DNA of 64,000 nucleotides from an uncultured Planctomycetia bacterium (GCA_964642015.1 CAZXLF010000001.1:432168-496167); one strand, 5' to 3'; positions 17,948-27,483 are shown, counted from the stretch's first letter. Notes: generated by a model from the letters alone, not told the origin. A program made the numbers and translations.

Positions 17948-20191
17948 ATGTCTGAAACGGCACAATACATTTCAATACAGCTCAACGGTGAAAAGCGGCA
18001 GCTGCAGGAAAATAAAACTTTACTGACTCTTTTGGCCGACCTTTCTATTCCCAAGGAAAAGGTGGTCATCGAGGTGAATCTTGAGATCATTTCCAGAGAT
18101 CAATGGGCGGACCATATTTTAAAGGAAGGCGATCAGGTTGAGATCGTACATTTTGTGGGCGGCGGCGCAGAAACCGCGAAGGCCCTTGTGATCGTAGAGT
18201 CGCCGGCAAAGTGCAAGACCATCCATAAATATTTAGGGAACAATTTTGAGGTTGCGGCGTCAATGGGGCATCTTATTGATTTGCCGAGAAGCAAAATGGG
18301 CATCGATATTGAAAACAATTTTGAACCCCAGTATATCGTTGTTAAAGACAGAAAAAAAACGCTTTCTGAACTTAAGAAAAAAGCCAAAAACAAAAAAGAG
18401 ATCTTCCTAGCCTGCGATCCCGACCGTGAAGGAGAGGCGATCAGCTGGCATTTAAAAAACGAACTCGGTAAAGGGAAAAAGGTCTCTCGAGTCGTGTTCA
18501 ATGAAATCACAAAGGATGCCGTGCTTGAAGCTTTCAAACACCCGTCGCATATCGACATGTGTCTGGTGGGTGCTCAGCAGGCCAGGCGTGTGCTGGACAG
18601 GCTTGTGGGTTATTCGTTGAGCCCGCTTTTATGGCAAAAGGTGGGCCGCGGTTTGTCAGCGGGCCGTGTTCAATCCGTGGCGCTTCGTCTGATTGTTGAT
18701 CGCGAGAGAGAGATACGCGCTTTCGTGCCGGAAGAATATTGGAGCATCGAAGCCGAGCTTAAAAAAAAGAAAGGCCATTCCCATTCATTTATTGCGAAAC
18801 TTGAGAAAATTAATGACATCAAGGCGGAGATCAAGAATGAGTCTGAAGCCAAAAGACTTTATGAAAAAATAAAAACGAATGCTTTTGTCGTCAAAGAAGT
18901 CAAACAGCAGAAGAAAAAAAGGAATCCATATCCACCGTACACAACGAGCAAACTTCAGCAAGCTGCTTACAATGTTCTGCGTTTCCCTGCTTCTAAAACG
19001 ATGAAGATCGCTCAGATGCTTTATGAAGGCGTTGAGATTGGGGATGAAGGCAGCGTGGGACTCATCACCTATATGAGAACGGACTCGGTGAGGATATCCG
19101 AATCCGCGCTCAAGGAGACGCGTGAGCTGATATTAAAAAATTACGGAAAAGAATATCTGCCCGAAAAACCCAATTTTTATAAGGCCAAAAAAGAGGCGCA
19201 GCAGGCGCATGAAGCCATTCGTCCGACCTCTGTGAAACGCCGTCCGAAGGACATCGAAGAATATCTTACGCCGGACCAGTTTAAACTTTACTCTTTGATC
19301 TGGCAGCAGGCCGTATCAAGCCAGATGACGCCTGCGGTGATTGCGCAAGAAACTGCTGACATTGCCGCCGGAGAACACCTATTCCGTTCGACCGGAAGCC
19401 GTTTGGAGTTCAAAGGTTGTCTTGTGGTTCAGGAAAAATCCGAGGAGCAGGACAATCCGTTGCCCCCTCTTGCTGTTGGCGAAGTTCTTGATCTCTTAAA
19501 GCTGGAGAATCATCAGCATTTTACAAAACCGCCGGCGCGTTTCACCGATGCATCGCTTGTCAAAGCGCTTGAAGAAAGGGGGATCGGCAGGCCCTCGACT
19601 TATGCGCCCATCATCCAGACTCTGACCGGAAGAGATTATATCCGCAGAGAAGGCGGAAGCTTGGTGCCTACTGATCTGGGGATATTGGTGACGGATCTTC
19701 TGGTCCAGTATTTTTCGAAGATCCTTGATTTTGAATTTACTGCGAAGATGGAAGAAGAGCTCGATGAAGTGGAAGAGGGTAAAGCCGAATGGGTGGGCGT
19801 CGTGAAAGAGTTTTACGGTGTGTTTAGCGGTCAAATGGACCACGCAAAGACCACGATGCAGACTGTGAAGCGCCAAGAAGAGCCGACAGACGAAATCTGT
19901 GATCTTTGCGGAAAGCCGATGGTCATCAAATGGGGCCGGCGGGGAAAATTCATGAGTTGCTCAGGATGGCCCGGGTGCCGAAATGCGAAGTCTATTCCGA
20001 CAGCCGTGGTTTGTCCACAGTGTCAGATTGGCAAGCTTGTTGCGCGTCGCGCGAAATCCGGCCGAGGACGCACATTTTTTGGCTGCACCAAATACCCCGA
20101 TTGCACTTTTATGACCAACCGGTTGCCAAAAGCTGAGGGGGACGCAAAAGACGCAGGGGCAGACTCGCAAGAATCGCCGGCAGCGGAGTGA
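17948..20191 (+). CDS. topA: DNA topoisomerase I carrying an in-frame N-terminal ThiS/MoaD-like sulfur-carrier (beta-grasp) domain
   Basis: Residues 1-75 resemble E. coli ThiS as recalled from memory and end in '...GDQVEIVHFVGGG', a ThiS-type Gly-Gly terminus. With no stop codon it continues into the TopA TOPRIM N-terminus 'KALVIVESPAKCKTIHKYLG...MGHLIDLP'. The TopA body has the active-site Tyr region and two C-terminal Cys4 zinc ribbons. 747 aa. Confidence 0.9.
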   Translation: MSETAQYISIQLNGEKRQLQENKTLLTLLADLSIPKEKVVIEVNLEIISRDQWADHILKEGDQVEIVHFVGGGAETAKALVIVESPAKCKTIHKYLGNNFEVAASMGHLIDLPRSKMGIDIENNFEPQYIVVKDRKKTLSELKKKAKNKKEIFLACDPDREGEAISWHLKNELGKGKKVSRVVFNEITKDAVLEAFKHPSHIDMCLVGAQQARRVLDRLVGYSLSPLLWQKVGRGLSAGRVQSVALRLIVDREREIRAFVPEEYWSIEAELKKKKGHSHSFIAKLEKINDIKAEIKNESEAKRLYEKIKTNAFVVKEVKQQKKKRNPYPPYTTSKLQQAAYNVLRFPASKTMKIAQMLYEGVEIGDEGSVGLITYMRTDSVRISESALKETRELILKNYGKEYLPEKPNFYKAKKEAQQAHEAIRPTSVKRRPKDIEEYLTPDQFKLYSLIWQQAVSSQMTPAVIAQETADIAAGEHLFRSTGSRLEFKGCLVVQEKSEEQDNPLPPLAVGEVLDLLKLENHQHFTKPPARFTDASLVKALEERGIGRPSTYAPIIQTLTGRDYIRREGGSLVPTDLGILVTDLLVQYFSKILDFEFTAKMEEELDEVEEGKAEWVGVVKEFYGVFSGQMDHAKTTMQTVKRQEEPTDEICDLCGKPMVIKWGRRGKFMSCSGWPGCRNAKSIPTAVVCPQCQIGKLVARRAKSGRGRTFFGCTKYPDCTFMTNRLPKAEGDAKDAGADSQESPAAE

Positions 20192-21111
20192 CCATGGACA
20201 GTTATGCCGATAAGTTTCTTACTTATCTGAAGGTGGAAAAAAATTATTCTAGGCACACGCTGATTAATTATTCCCACGATCTTAAGGAATTTTATGGATT
20301 TCTTGGTGAAAATTCTTTACCCGGTGTTGATATTGCTTTTTTTAGACGATATCTCGCGAGTCTTAAGGAAAAAAATCTTTCGAAGCGTAGTATCGCCAGA
20401 AAAATGGCGACGCTTAGAACGTTCTCGAAGTTTTTGACGCGAGAAGGTTATTTGAGGAAAAATCCGATGAGTGCCTTGAGGACGCCGAAACTGGAAAAGA
20501 AGCTCCCCATGGTCTTGGATGAAAGTGAAATAAGCCGGCTCATGGATTCCACCGGAAACGACCTGATCGGTCGCCGCGATCGGGCGATCTTAGAAACGCT
20601 TTATTCGACAGGAATGCGTGTGTCAGAGATCGTCCAATTGAATTTAGAACGCGTCGATTTTATCGGCGGTGTGTGCCGTGTCATAGGAAAAGGCTCTAAA
20701 GAACGTTTATGCCCGATCGGTGACCGCGCTCTCAGAAGCATCCGACATTATCTTGAGCTTCGGGAAGCTGAAGGGTCTAAAGGTTCTAAATCGAAACGGA
20801 ATAAGAAAATAGCAAACGGCCAGGATGCTCTTTTTCTGAATCATTCTCCGAATCAGATGGGATCGCGGATCACCGATCGAAGTGTGCGCCGAGTGATGGA
20901 CCGCTATATCGAAAAGACTTGCCGACGAGAAAATATTTCGCCGCATACGCTGAGACATTCATTTGCGACGCATCTTTTGAATCGAGGAGCTGATCTAAGA
21001 TCGGTGCAGGAGCTTTTGGGTCATGAAAATCTGTCGACGACACAAATCTACACGCACGTTTCCACGCAGAGGCTCAAAGAGGCCTATGACAAAGCTCATC
21101 CAAGGGCATAA
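20188..21111 (+). CDS. xerC: tyrosine site-specific recombinase XerC/XerD family (chromosome dimer resolution)
   Basis: N-terminal core-binding domain 'FLTYLKVEKNYSRHTLINYSHDLKEF'. Catalytic R...HxxR...Y motifs ('HTLRHSFATHLL', 'LLGHENLSTTQIYTHV'). Conserved position after topA. GTG at 20188, or ATG at 20194. Confidence 0.85.
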   Translation: MTMDSYADKFLTYLKVEKNYSRHTLINYSHDLKEFYGFLGENSLPGVDIAFFRRYLASLKEKNLSKRSIARKMATLRTFSKFLTREGYLRKNPMSALRTPKLEKKLPMVLDESEISRLMDSTGNDLIGRRDRAILETLYSTGMRVSEIVQLNLERVDFIGGVCRVIGKGSKERLCPIGDRALRSIRHYLELREAEGSKGSKSKRNKKIANGQDALFLNHSPNQMGSRITDRSVRRVMDRYIEKTCRRENISPHTLRHSFATHLLNRGADLRSVQELLGHENLSTTQIYTHVSTQRLKEAYDKAHPRA

Positions 21112-21118
21112 GCTGTAA

Positions 21119-22402
21119 ATGCGTTTAGTTTATGACATTGTTTTTTTTATTTTTTGCATATTTTATTTACCTATATTTTTTATTAAAGGTAAGCATCGAG
21201 ACGGTTTTTTATCACGCTTCGGCGTAGTACCAAAAGATGTTCGGGAAAAGTTATTTGGGAAAAAAGTGATCTGGATCCATGCGGTGTCGGTCGGAGAGAT
21301 GGCGCAGGCTGTTAAGCTCACCGGCGCTTTAAGGAACAAGTATCAGGATCTTTGCTTTGTTTTGACCGCGACAACGGCTGCAGGTAAAGCGTTCGCGGAA
21401 AAGCACAAGGATCCGCGGGATTTCGCGATTTATTTTCCGGTGGATTTTCGTTCATCCGTGAATGCTTTTCTCCTAGCAGTCGATCCGAAAGCAATGATCA
21501 TTCTTGAAACAGAGATATGGCCGAATCTGTTGTATGCGCTTTCGAAAAGAGGGGTGCCGGTATTCATCATGAATGCGAGGATCTCGGACCGCGCGATAGG
21601 GAGATACCGGCTGTTAAAACCGTTATTGGGATCGGTGATGGATCAAATCGCTTGGGTCGGCGCGCAGGATGACAAAATGCGCTCCAGATTCATGGAACTT
21701 GGCATGAAACCGGAGAAAGTGATGGTGACAGGGAATATGAAATTCGATTGGCAGCCTTCGACGACGAAGAAGAACGAAGTTGAGATGATCCAGCAATACC
21801 TTAAGATGCCAGGAATGTTTTTATTGATTGCCGGAAGCACTCATCAGGGCGAAGAGAAGATAATGTTCGATCTTTTTAAAAAAATGAGGGCCGAATTTCC
21901 ATTTTTTAAACTTTTGATTGCCCCTAGGCATTTAGACAGGATAGCGTCGATTGAAGAAGAAGCTCAGAAAAGCGGTGTGAAGCTTGAATCTTTTTCGTCT
22001 TTAGCTGGAAACGGAAACCGACCTGAAGCAAGAGAGGCAGTTTTTTTGCTGGATAAGATAGGCATCTTGGCGGATTTGTATCAAATCGCGGATGTTGTGT
22101 ATGTGGGAGGGAGTCTTGTGCCGAAAGGAGGACATAATCTCGTTGAGCCGGCCTATTATGAAAAGCCCGTTGTGTTCGGGCCGTATATGAATAATTTCGC
22201 AGAAATGGTCTCCGAGTTCAAAGAAACCGCAGCAGCCGTTCAAGTGAGAGATCTGCAATCTTTGGAGGCGGAGATCAGAAAATTGATTCAGGATAGTGCA
22301 TATAGGAATAAGATCGGGGCTGCGGCAAAAAAGGTTGTAGAAACTAATCGCGGAGCAACAGAGCAAAATATCAACGCATTTCTCAACGCAGTTCATATTT
22401 AA
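21119..22402 (+). CDS. waaA: 3-deoxy-D-manno-octulosonic acid (Kdo) transferase
   Basis: N-terminal membrane anchor plus the 'IWIHAVSVGE' motif characteristic of KdtA/WaaA (GT30). 427 aa. Confidence 0.9.
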   Translation: MRLVYDIVFFIFCIFYLPIFFIKGKHRDGFLSRFGVVPKDVREKLFGKKVIWIHAVSVGEMAQAVKLTGALRNKYQDLCFVLTATTAAGKAFAEKHKDPRDFAIYFPVDFRSSVNAFLLAVDPKAMIILETEIWPNLLYALSKRGVPVFIMNARISDRAIGRYRLLKPLLGSVMDQIAWVGAQDDKMRSRFMELGMKPEKVMVTGNMKFDWQPSTTKKNEVEMIQQYLKMPGMFLLIAGSTHQGEEKIMFDLFKKMRAEFPFFKLLIAPRHLDRIASIEEEAQKSGVKLESFSSLAGNGNRPEAREAVFLLDKIGILADLYQIADVVYVGGSLVPKGGHNLVEPAYYEKPVVFGPYMNNFAEMVSEFKETAAAVQVRDLQSLEAEIRKLIQDSAYRNKIGAAAKKVVETNRGATEQNINAFLNAVHI

Positions 22403-22416
22403 AGGAGTTGTAAGCT

Positions 22417-23397
22417 GTGAAAAAAGTCCTTGGTTCAGCATTATCATCGATCTATCGGGTCGCGCTTGTTACTAGTCAGGCAAGTTATCGCACGGTTCCT
22501 TTCAGCATCCATAAGGTGCCGGCGCGGGTGATCAGCATAGGAAATATCACATGGGGCGGCACTGGAAAAACACCTCTTGTGGCCATGCTTGCCCGTGAAA
22601 TCTCGGCCTCCGGAAAAAAAGTGGTCGTGTTGACGCGTGGCTACGGCAAAGACGAGGTAGCCGAGCTTAAGAAAAAATTACCAAATATACCTATTTTAGT
22701 TGGACGCGACAGAATTAAGACCGCCCAAGAGGCCGTTAAAAAACATCAAGCCGAAGTGATCATCTTGGATGATGGGTTTCAGCACATTCGGCTCCACAGG
22801 GATGTTGATGTTGTGACGATCAACGCTACGGAACCTTTTGGTCCCGGGGGGCTTATACCGATCGGCACTCTGAGAGAGCCGTTAGAGCATCTTTCGCGCG
22901 CACATATTTTCGTGCTTACCAAAACCAATATCGGTTCGAAAAACGTGCATTGGATTAAGCAGAAACTTGTATCGATCAAACCGGAAGCTGTTATTTATGA
23001 AGCTGTGCATCAGCCGATCCAATTAATGGATTTTCGGCGGAACCGTTATGTGCCGCTTCACGAGATTAAAAACAAAAAAATCGGAGTTATCTCCGCCATC
23101 GGCGATCCTTATTCTTTTGAAAAAAGCTTAGAAAATCTCGGCGCCGAGATCCTTTTTACCGCTCGTTATGACGACCATCATTTGGTAAGCGAAGCGGAGT
23201 TTTCAGATTTTCTCAAACGGTGCAAAGAAGTGGGAGTAAAAGACGTTGTAACAACGGAGAAGGATTTCTACAGAATGGAACCGTTTTTTAAGAAAAAGAG
23301 ACCCAAAGATATACATAACTTCAATTTTTTGGTCCTGCAGATAGAATTTCAGGTGGACGATGAAGAAGATTTTATTCGAAGATGCCTTAATCCTTAA
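22417..23397 (+). CDS. lpxK: tetraacyldisaccharide 4'-kinase
   Basis: 'ISIGNITWGGTGKTP' P-loop signature of LpxK. 326 aa. Confidence 0.9.
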   Translation: MKKVLGSALSSIYRVALVTSQASYRTVPFSIHKVPARVISIGNITWGGTGKTPLVAMLAREISASGKKVVVLTRGYGKDEVAELKKKLPNIPILVGRDRIKTAQEAVKKHQAEVIILDDGFQHIRLHRDVDVVTINATEPFGPGGLIPIGTLREPLEHLSRAHIFVLTKTNIGSKNVHWIKQKLVSIKPEAVIYEAVHQPIQLMDFRRNRYVPLHEIKNKKIGVISAIGDPYSFEKSLENLGAEILFTARYDDHHLVSEAEFSDFLKRCKEVGVKDVVTTEKDFYRMEPFFKKKRPKDIHNFNFLVLQIEFQVDDEEDFIRRCLNP

Positions 23398-25330
23398 TAC
23401 GGTCAAGTTTCTTCGCGCTCTTGTCCGTGTCCTTCCTTTAAGGGTCGCTTTCGCCGCCGCAAGTTTTATAGGGTCGGCCATCTATATTTTTAGCAAGCGC
23501 CGGAAAATTGCGTATAAAAACCTTCGTGCTGCATTCTCGAAAGAAATGGAACGTGCCGAGATGAAGAAGATTGCGCGTTCATCGATGAGGAATCTGGCGA
23601 TGTGCGGTGTTGAACTGCTGAAATTCCCGGAAATGAACCGGCGATACATCGAAGAAAACGTTCGGATCATCGGCACGGAAAAGATTAATGAAAAGCTAAA
23701 AGAAGGGAGAGGCGCGATATTTTTGACTGCGCATTTCGGTTGCTGGGAGCTTCTGAATTTGGCTTCAAATCTTGTCGGTTATCCGATGGTCGCTTTGGCC
23801 CGTACACAAAAGCATCCGAGGTCTGATGAATTTTTAAATTCCCTTCGCACATCCAAAGGAAACCAGGTCATCCGCAAAGGCATGCCGGTGCGCGAAATCC
23901 TTAAAGCATTGAAAAGCGGTAAGATCGTCGGCATGTTGAGCGACCAGGATGGGGGAAAGAACGGGACTTTTGTGAAGTTCTTTGGCAGGCAGTCCTCGAG
24001 CCCGAGCGGTGTGGCAACCTTCGCCTTGCGTACCCATGCCCCAATATTCCCTGTTTTTATATTCCGTGAAAAGCTAGGTAAACACCGCGTTGAAGTGGGT
24101 GATCCGCTCATCCGGCCCTCAGATGAGTTGCCTCCCGAGGAAGCGGAACGCAATATCCTTCAACAGTTTGCCAAGATTCTTGAGTCAAAAATAAGAAAAG
24201 CGCCTGACCAATGGCTCTGGGCGCATCGGCGATGGAAATCCACGCCAAATCGCTCAATAGTTATTTTGAGCGACGGAAAGCAAGGGCATCTTAACCAGTC
24301 GCTGGCGGTCTTGAATGGTGTCTGCAGAGAACGTGAGTCGCAGTCTGTTCCGCCAGAGTACACGAACTCGAAGATCATCAACGTGCATTTTAAAAATGAT
24401 TTTTCCAAGCATCTGCTGAACATCATGTCCATTTTATTTTTTGGGCATATACCATTCAAACCATGGGTAATGAAAAATTTTTTAAGTCAGGATTGTTACG
24501 CTGAAATTATGAAAAGCTATGCGGATATCGTTATTTCATGCGGTTCGTCTATTTGTGCTGTGAACCTGCTTGTCAAACATGAGAATCTTGCAAAATCGAT
24601 CGTGATCATGAAACCGGCCGTGCCTTCCTATCATTTTGATGCCGTAATCGTGCCTAGGCATGATAAAATAAAAGGAAAAAATAATATTTTTTTTACCCAG
24701 ACAACTTTATCGAATATCACTGAGGAAATTTTAAGCACTGAATCCGATAAGCTGCTTGACCGACTTTCAATATCGCGTGACCGCAAGCGTATCGGTTTTT
24801 TGGTCGGGGGAGACACGTTGAAGGTCAGATTCTCGCAGAGTTATTTCACAAAACTTCTGCAGGAATTGAAGCGTTTCAGCGTGGACACCGGCGCTTATCT
24901 TTTGGCTACATCATCGAGACGCACGCCTCGATGGGCGGACGAACTCTTAAAAAAGACGTTGAACGAAAAAAAACAATGTCCACTTTTGGTGATAGCAAAT
25001 GAGTCCAACCAAAAAGGCGTTGTGTCGGGGATATTGGGTCTTAGTGATCTACTGGTAGTATCCGGCGAATCCATGTCGATGGTTTCCGAAGCGATCGCTT
25101 CACACAAACCGGTTGTGGTATTTTTACCTTCGCAGAAAGGGCGTCTTAAGCCGAAACATGAGGATTTTTTGAATAGAATGTTCGATCAAAAACTCATCGC
25201 AAAAGCCACGCCTGAAAACCTTTATCAAATTATCAACGAACAAATGTTATCGAATAACGGACGGCATGCCGAATCGTTGATCTCGCAAGATCGTGAAGCA
25301 GTGTCGAATGCCGTAAGGCGGGCCATCTAA
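23360..25330 (+). CDS. lpxL: lipid A biosynthesis lauroyl/myristoyl acyltransferase (LpxL/HtrB family) fused to a C-terminal Elm1/DUF1022-like domain
   Basis: Residues about 1-300 carry an N-terminal TM helix, the 'HFGCWE' HX4E acyltransferase motif and the 'DQWLWAHRRWK' ending typical of LpxL. Residues about 300-656 carry 'IVILSDGKQGHLNQSLAV', 'ISCGSS', 'LVGGD', 'LATSSRRTP' and 'VSGESMSMVSEA' motifs reminiscent of the Elm1 / DUF1022 family. Confidence 0.8.
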   Translation: MKKILFEDALILNTVKFLRALVRVLPLRVAFAAASFIGSAIYIFSKRRKIAYKNLRAAFSKEMERAEMKKIARSSMRNLAMCGVELLKFPEMNRRYIEENVRIIGTEKINEKLKEGRGAIFLTAHFGCWELLNLASNLVGYPMVALARTQKHPRSDEFLNSLRTSKGNQVIRKGMPVREILKALKSGKIVGMLSDQDGGKNGTFVKFFGRQSSSPSGVATFALRTHAPIFPVFIFREKLGKHRVEVGDPLIRPSDELPPEEAERNILQQFAKILESKIRKAPDQWLWAHRRWKSTPNRSIVILSDGKQGHLNQSLAVLNGVCRERESQSVPPEYTNSKIINVHFKNDFSKHLLNIMSILFFGHIPFKPWVMKNFLSQDCYAEIMKSYADIVISCGSSICAVNLLVKHENLAKSIVIMKPAVPSYHFDAVIVPRHDKIKGKNNIFFTQTTLSNITEEILSTESDKLLDRLSISRDRKRIGFLVGGDTLKVRFSQSYFTKLLQELKRFSVDTGAYLLATSSRRTPRWADELLKKTLNEKKQCPLLVIANESNQKGVVSGILGLSDLLVVSGESMSMVSEAIASHKPVVVFLPSQKGRLKPKHEDFLNRMFDQKLIAKATPENLYQIINEQMLSNNGRHAESLISQDREAVSNAVRRAI

Positions 25331-27468
25331 TGAATGTTCTTCAAATGTTACCTGAACTGAAATCAGGCGGTGTTGAACGAGGCACGATAGACCTCGCTAA
25401 ATATCTTCAAAAAAATGGGCATAAGGCCGTTGTTGTTTCGGCAGGAGGTCCGTTGACCGGAGATCTGACTTCGGCCGGAGTGACGCATTATGCATTGCCG
25501 GTGCACAAAAAATCCCCGTTTTCAGTGTTCCATTCGGTGCGTGCGATCTCAAAGATCGTCAAAATAGAGAATATAGACATTATCCATGCCCGCAGCCGTG
25601 TTCCGGGGTTGATAGCTTTTTTTGTCAGTCGCAAAACTCACGTGCCATTCGTGACCACTTGCCATGGATTTTATAGCAAGCATATTTTAAGCCGGATCAT
25701 GGGTTGGGGAAAACTGGTGATTGTCGCAAGCCACATTATCGGCAAGAGAATGAGGGACGATTTCGGCGTGCCCTATCATAAGATAAGGTTCATTCCCAGG
25801 GGAGTGAATCTGGAAGAATTTAAATGGCGTCCCATTGACCCGGAAAGTTTTAAAAAACAGATCGTGATAGGTCTTATCGGCAGGATCACTCCGATCAAAG
25901 GCCACCCGCTTTTTTTGAAAGCTATGGCAAGGGTGACGCGCGTATACCCGAATATCAAGATCCAGATAGTCGGAGATTCTCCTAAGCCTCAGTATCGAGA
26001 AGAGCTTTTGATGTTAACTCGGCGTCTCGGGATTGCTCATGCTGTGGAGTTTTTGGGGACCAGATACGATATTCCGGAGCTCCTGAGCCGTATGAGCTTA
26101 TTGGTTGTGCCATCTGTTGGAGAAGAGGCATTCGGACGCGTGGCGATCGAGGCAGGCGCTTGCGGTGTCCCCGTTGTAGCGACGCGGATGGGCGGGTTGG
26201 TCGACATCATTGAGAATGAAAAGGATGGTTTATTGGTCCAGCCTGATGATCCGTCCGCACTGGCGGAAGCGGTCATAAAACTGTTGAGAGATCCGGAGCT
26301 TGCATCAAAACTTGCTTTGTCGCTTCGTCAAAAGGTTGAGCGGGAATTCAACCTTGAAAACATGTTTGAAAAAACGATAGCGGTTTACCAGGAAGCGATT
26401 TCAACAAAAAGAATATTGGTGATTAAATTAAGTGCGGTCGGCGATGTGATTTTGAGCATTCCATCGATTCGCGCATTAAGAGCGAAATTTCCCGGCGCCT
26501 GGATTTCAGTGCTTGTCGGAAGAAAATCCAGGAAGATCATCCGCAACTGCCCCTATGTGAACGATACGATCGTCTACGAGGATTCGCCAGGTCAGAAGAA
26601 TTATACCGGAACATTCAGGATGGCGCGCCTTCTAGCGAAGGAGGATTTTGATATTGTTGTGGATCTTCAGAATAATAAGGTCAGCCATTTGCTTTCTTAT
26701 CTTTGCGGGGCCAGGGTCCGCGTCGGACATGATAACCGCAAATGGTCTTTTCTTTTGAATAAGAAAGCAAAGAATTCTAATAACGGTTCTTTGCCGCCTC
26801 TTGAGCATCAGTTCAAGGTGCTGAAGCTTTTAGGGCTTGAAACTTTTGACAAGCGTCTTGAGCTTTGGACCGAAAAAGAAGAGGACCGTGCTGTCGCTGA
26901 ATTTTTACAGTCCCAATGGGTTTCTCCCAGCCAGACGCTTGTAGGGATCAATCCGGGATCATCATTACGCTGGCCGACAAAACAATGGCCGATCGAGAAC
27001 TTTGCCAAACTTTGCGATGAATTGGCCAAAAGAAATATTCGTGTGGTGATTACGGGTTCCGCGGAAGATTCAAAAATTGCTGCAGAATTGTTCCGTTTGA
27101 CAAGAAATAAGCCCATCAATGCCATTGGTAAAACTTCAATCACAGAGCTTGTGTCTTTGATCCGGCGCTGCCAGGTTTTCATTAGTTCTGATTCGGCGCC
27201 AATGCATATTGCATCCAGTGTTGATGCCCCTCTCATCGCAATATTCGGTCCTACGGACCCTAAACGGCATTTGGTTCCTCCGTCGCGTTATCAAGTATTC
27301 TGGAAAGAAGTGCAATGCAGTCCATGTTACTTGCGTAGCTGCCCCATAGGTCTCTTGTGTATGAAGCGCATCGGTGTTCAAGAAATACTCGACTCCGTGC
27401 TTTATTTCATAAAAGAGAAGCGGCCAACAAAGCTTGGCGAAGAAAATCTAGCCGCGCAGCTTTTCTAG
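25330..27468 (+). CDS. bifunctional glycosyltransferase: N-terminal GT4 (GT-B, EX7E) domain fused to a C-terminal GT9 ADP-heptose:LPS heptosyltransferase domain
   Basis: N-terminal half has 'GGVERGTIDLAKYLQKNGH' and 'EEAFGRVAIEAGACGVPVVATRMGGLVDIIENEKDGLL' (GT4 EX7E). C-terminal half starts 'ILVIKLSAVGDVILSIPSIRALRAKFPGAWISVLV' (GT9 signature). The end of the C-terminal half carries 'PMHIASSVDAPLIAIFGPTDP' and the Cys4 tail CSPC...C...C. Confidence 0.8.
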   Translation: MNVLQMLPELKSGGVERGTIDLAKYLQKNGHKAVVVSAGGPLTGDLTSAGVTHYALPVHKKSPFSVFHSVRAISKIVKIENIDIIHARSRVPGLIAFFVSRKTHVPFVTTCHGFYSKHILSRIMGWGKLVIVASHIIGKRMRDDFGVPYHKIRFIPRGVNLEEFKWRPIDPESFKKQIVIGLIGRITPIKGHPLFLKAMARVTRVYPNIKIQIVGDSPKPQYREELLMLTRRLGIAHAVEFLGTRYDIPELLSRMSLLVVPSVGEEAFGRVAIEAGACGVPVVATRMGGLVDIIENEKDGLLVQPDDPSALAEAVIKLLRDPELASKLALSLRQKVEREFNLENMFEKTIAVYQEAISTKRILVIKLSAVGDVILSIPSIRALRAKFPGAWISVLVGRKSRKIIRNCPYVNDTIVYEDSPGQKNYTGTFRMARLLAKEDFDIVVDLQNNKVSHLLSYLCGARVRVGHDNRKWSFLLNKKAKNSNNGSLPPLEHQFKVLKLLGLETFDKRLELWTEKEEDRAVAEFLQSQWVSPSQTLVGINPGSSLRWPTKQWPIENFAKLCDELAKRNIRVVITGSAEDSKIAAELFRLTRNKPINAIGKTSITELVSLIRRCQVFISSDSAPMHIASSVDAPLIAIFGPTDPKRHLVPPSRYQVFWKEVQCSPCYLRSCPIGLLCMKRIGVQEILDSVLYFIKEKRPTKLGEENLAAQLF

Positions 27469-27483
27469 GAAGAAGAAATTTTT

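Noticed and set aside
18155-20191. Internal GTG at 18155 as an independent TopA start, which would make ThiS a separate gene
   Set aside because: The GTG is in the same frame as the upstream ThiS-like codons and there is no intervening stop. Translation from the upstream ATG at 17948, which has a good AAGGA RBS, necessarily reads through. Independent initiation at the GTG cannot be excluded but would not remove the fusion product. Kept as a single CDS.
20188-21111. Tyrosine recombinase as evidence of a prophage or integrative element
   Set aside because: The sequence has XerC/XerD hallmarks and sits in the conserved smf-topA-xerC chromosomal synteny. There are no flanking tRNA, direct repeats or phage or transposon genes. 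This is a housekeeping dimer-resolution recombinase, not a mobile-element integrase.
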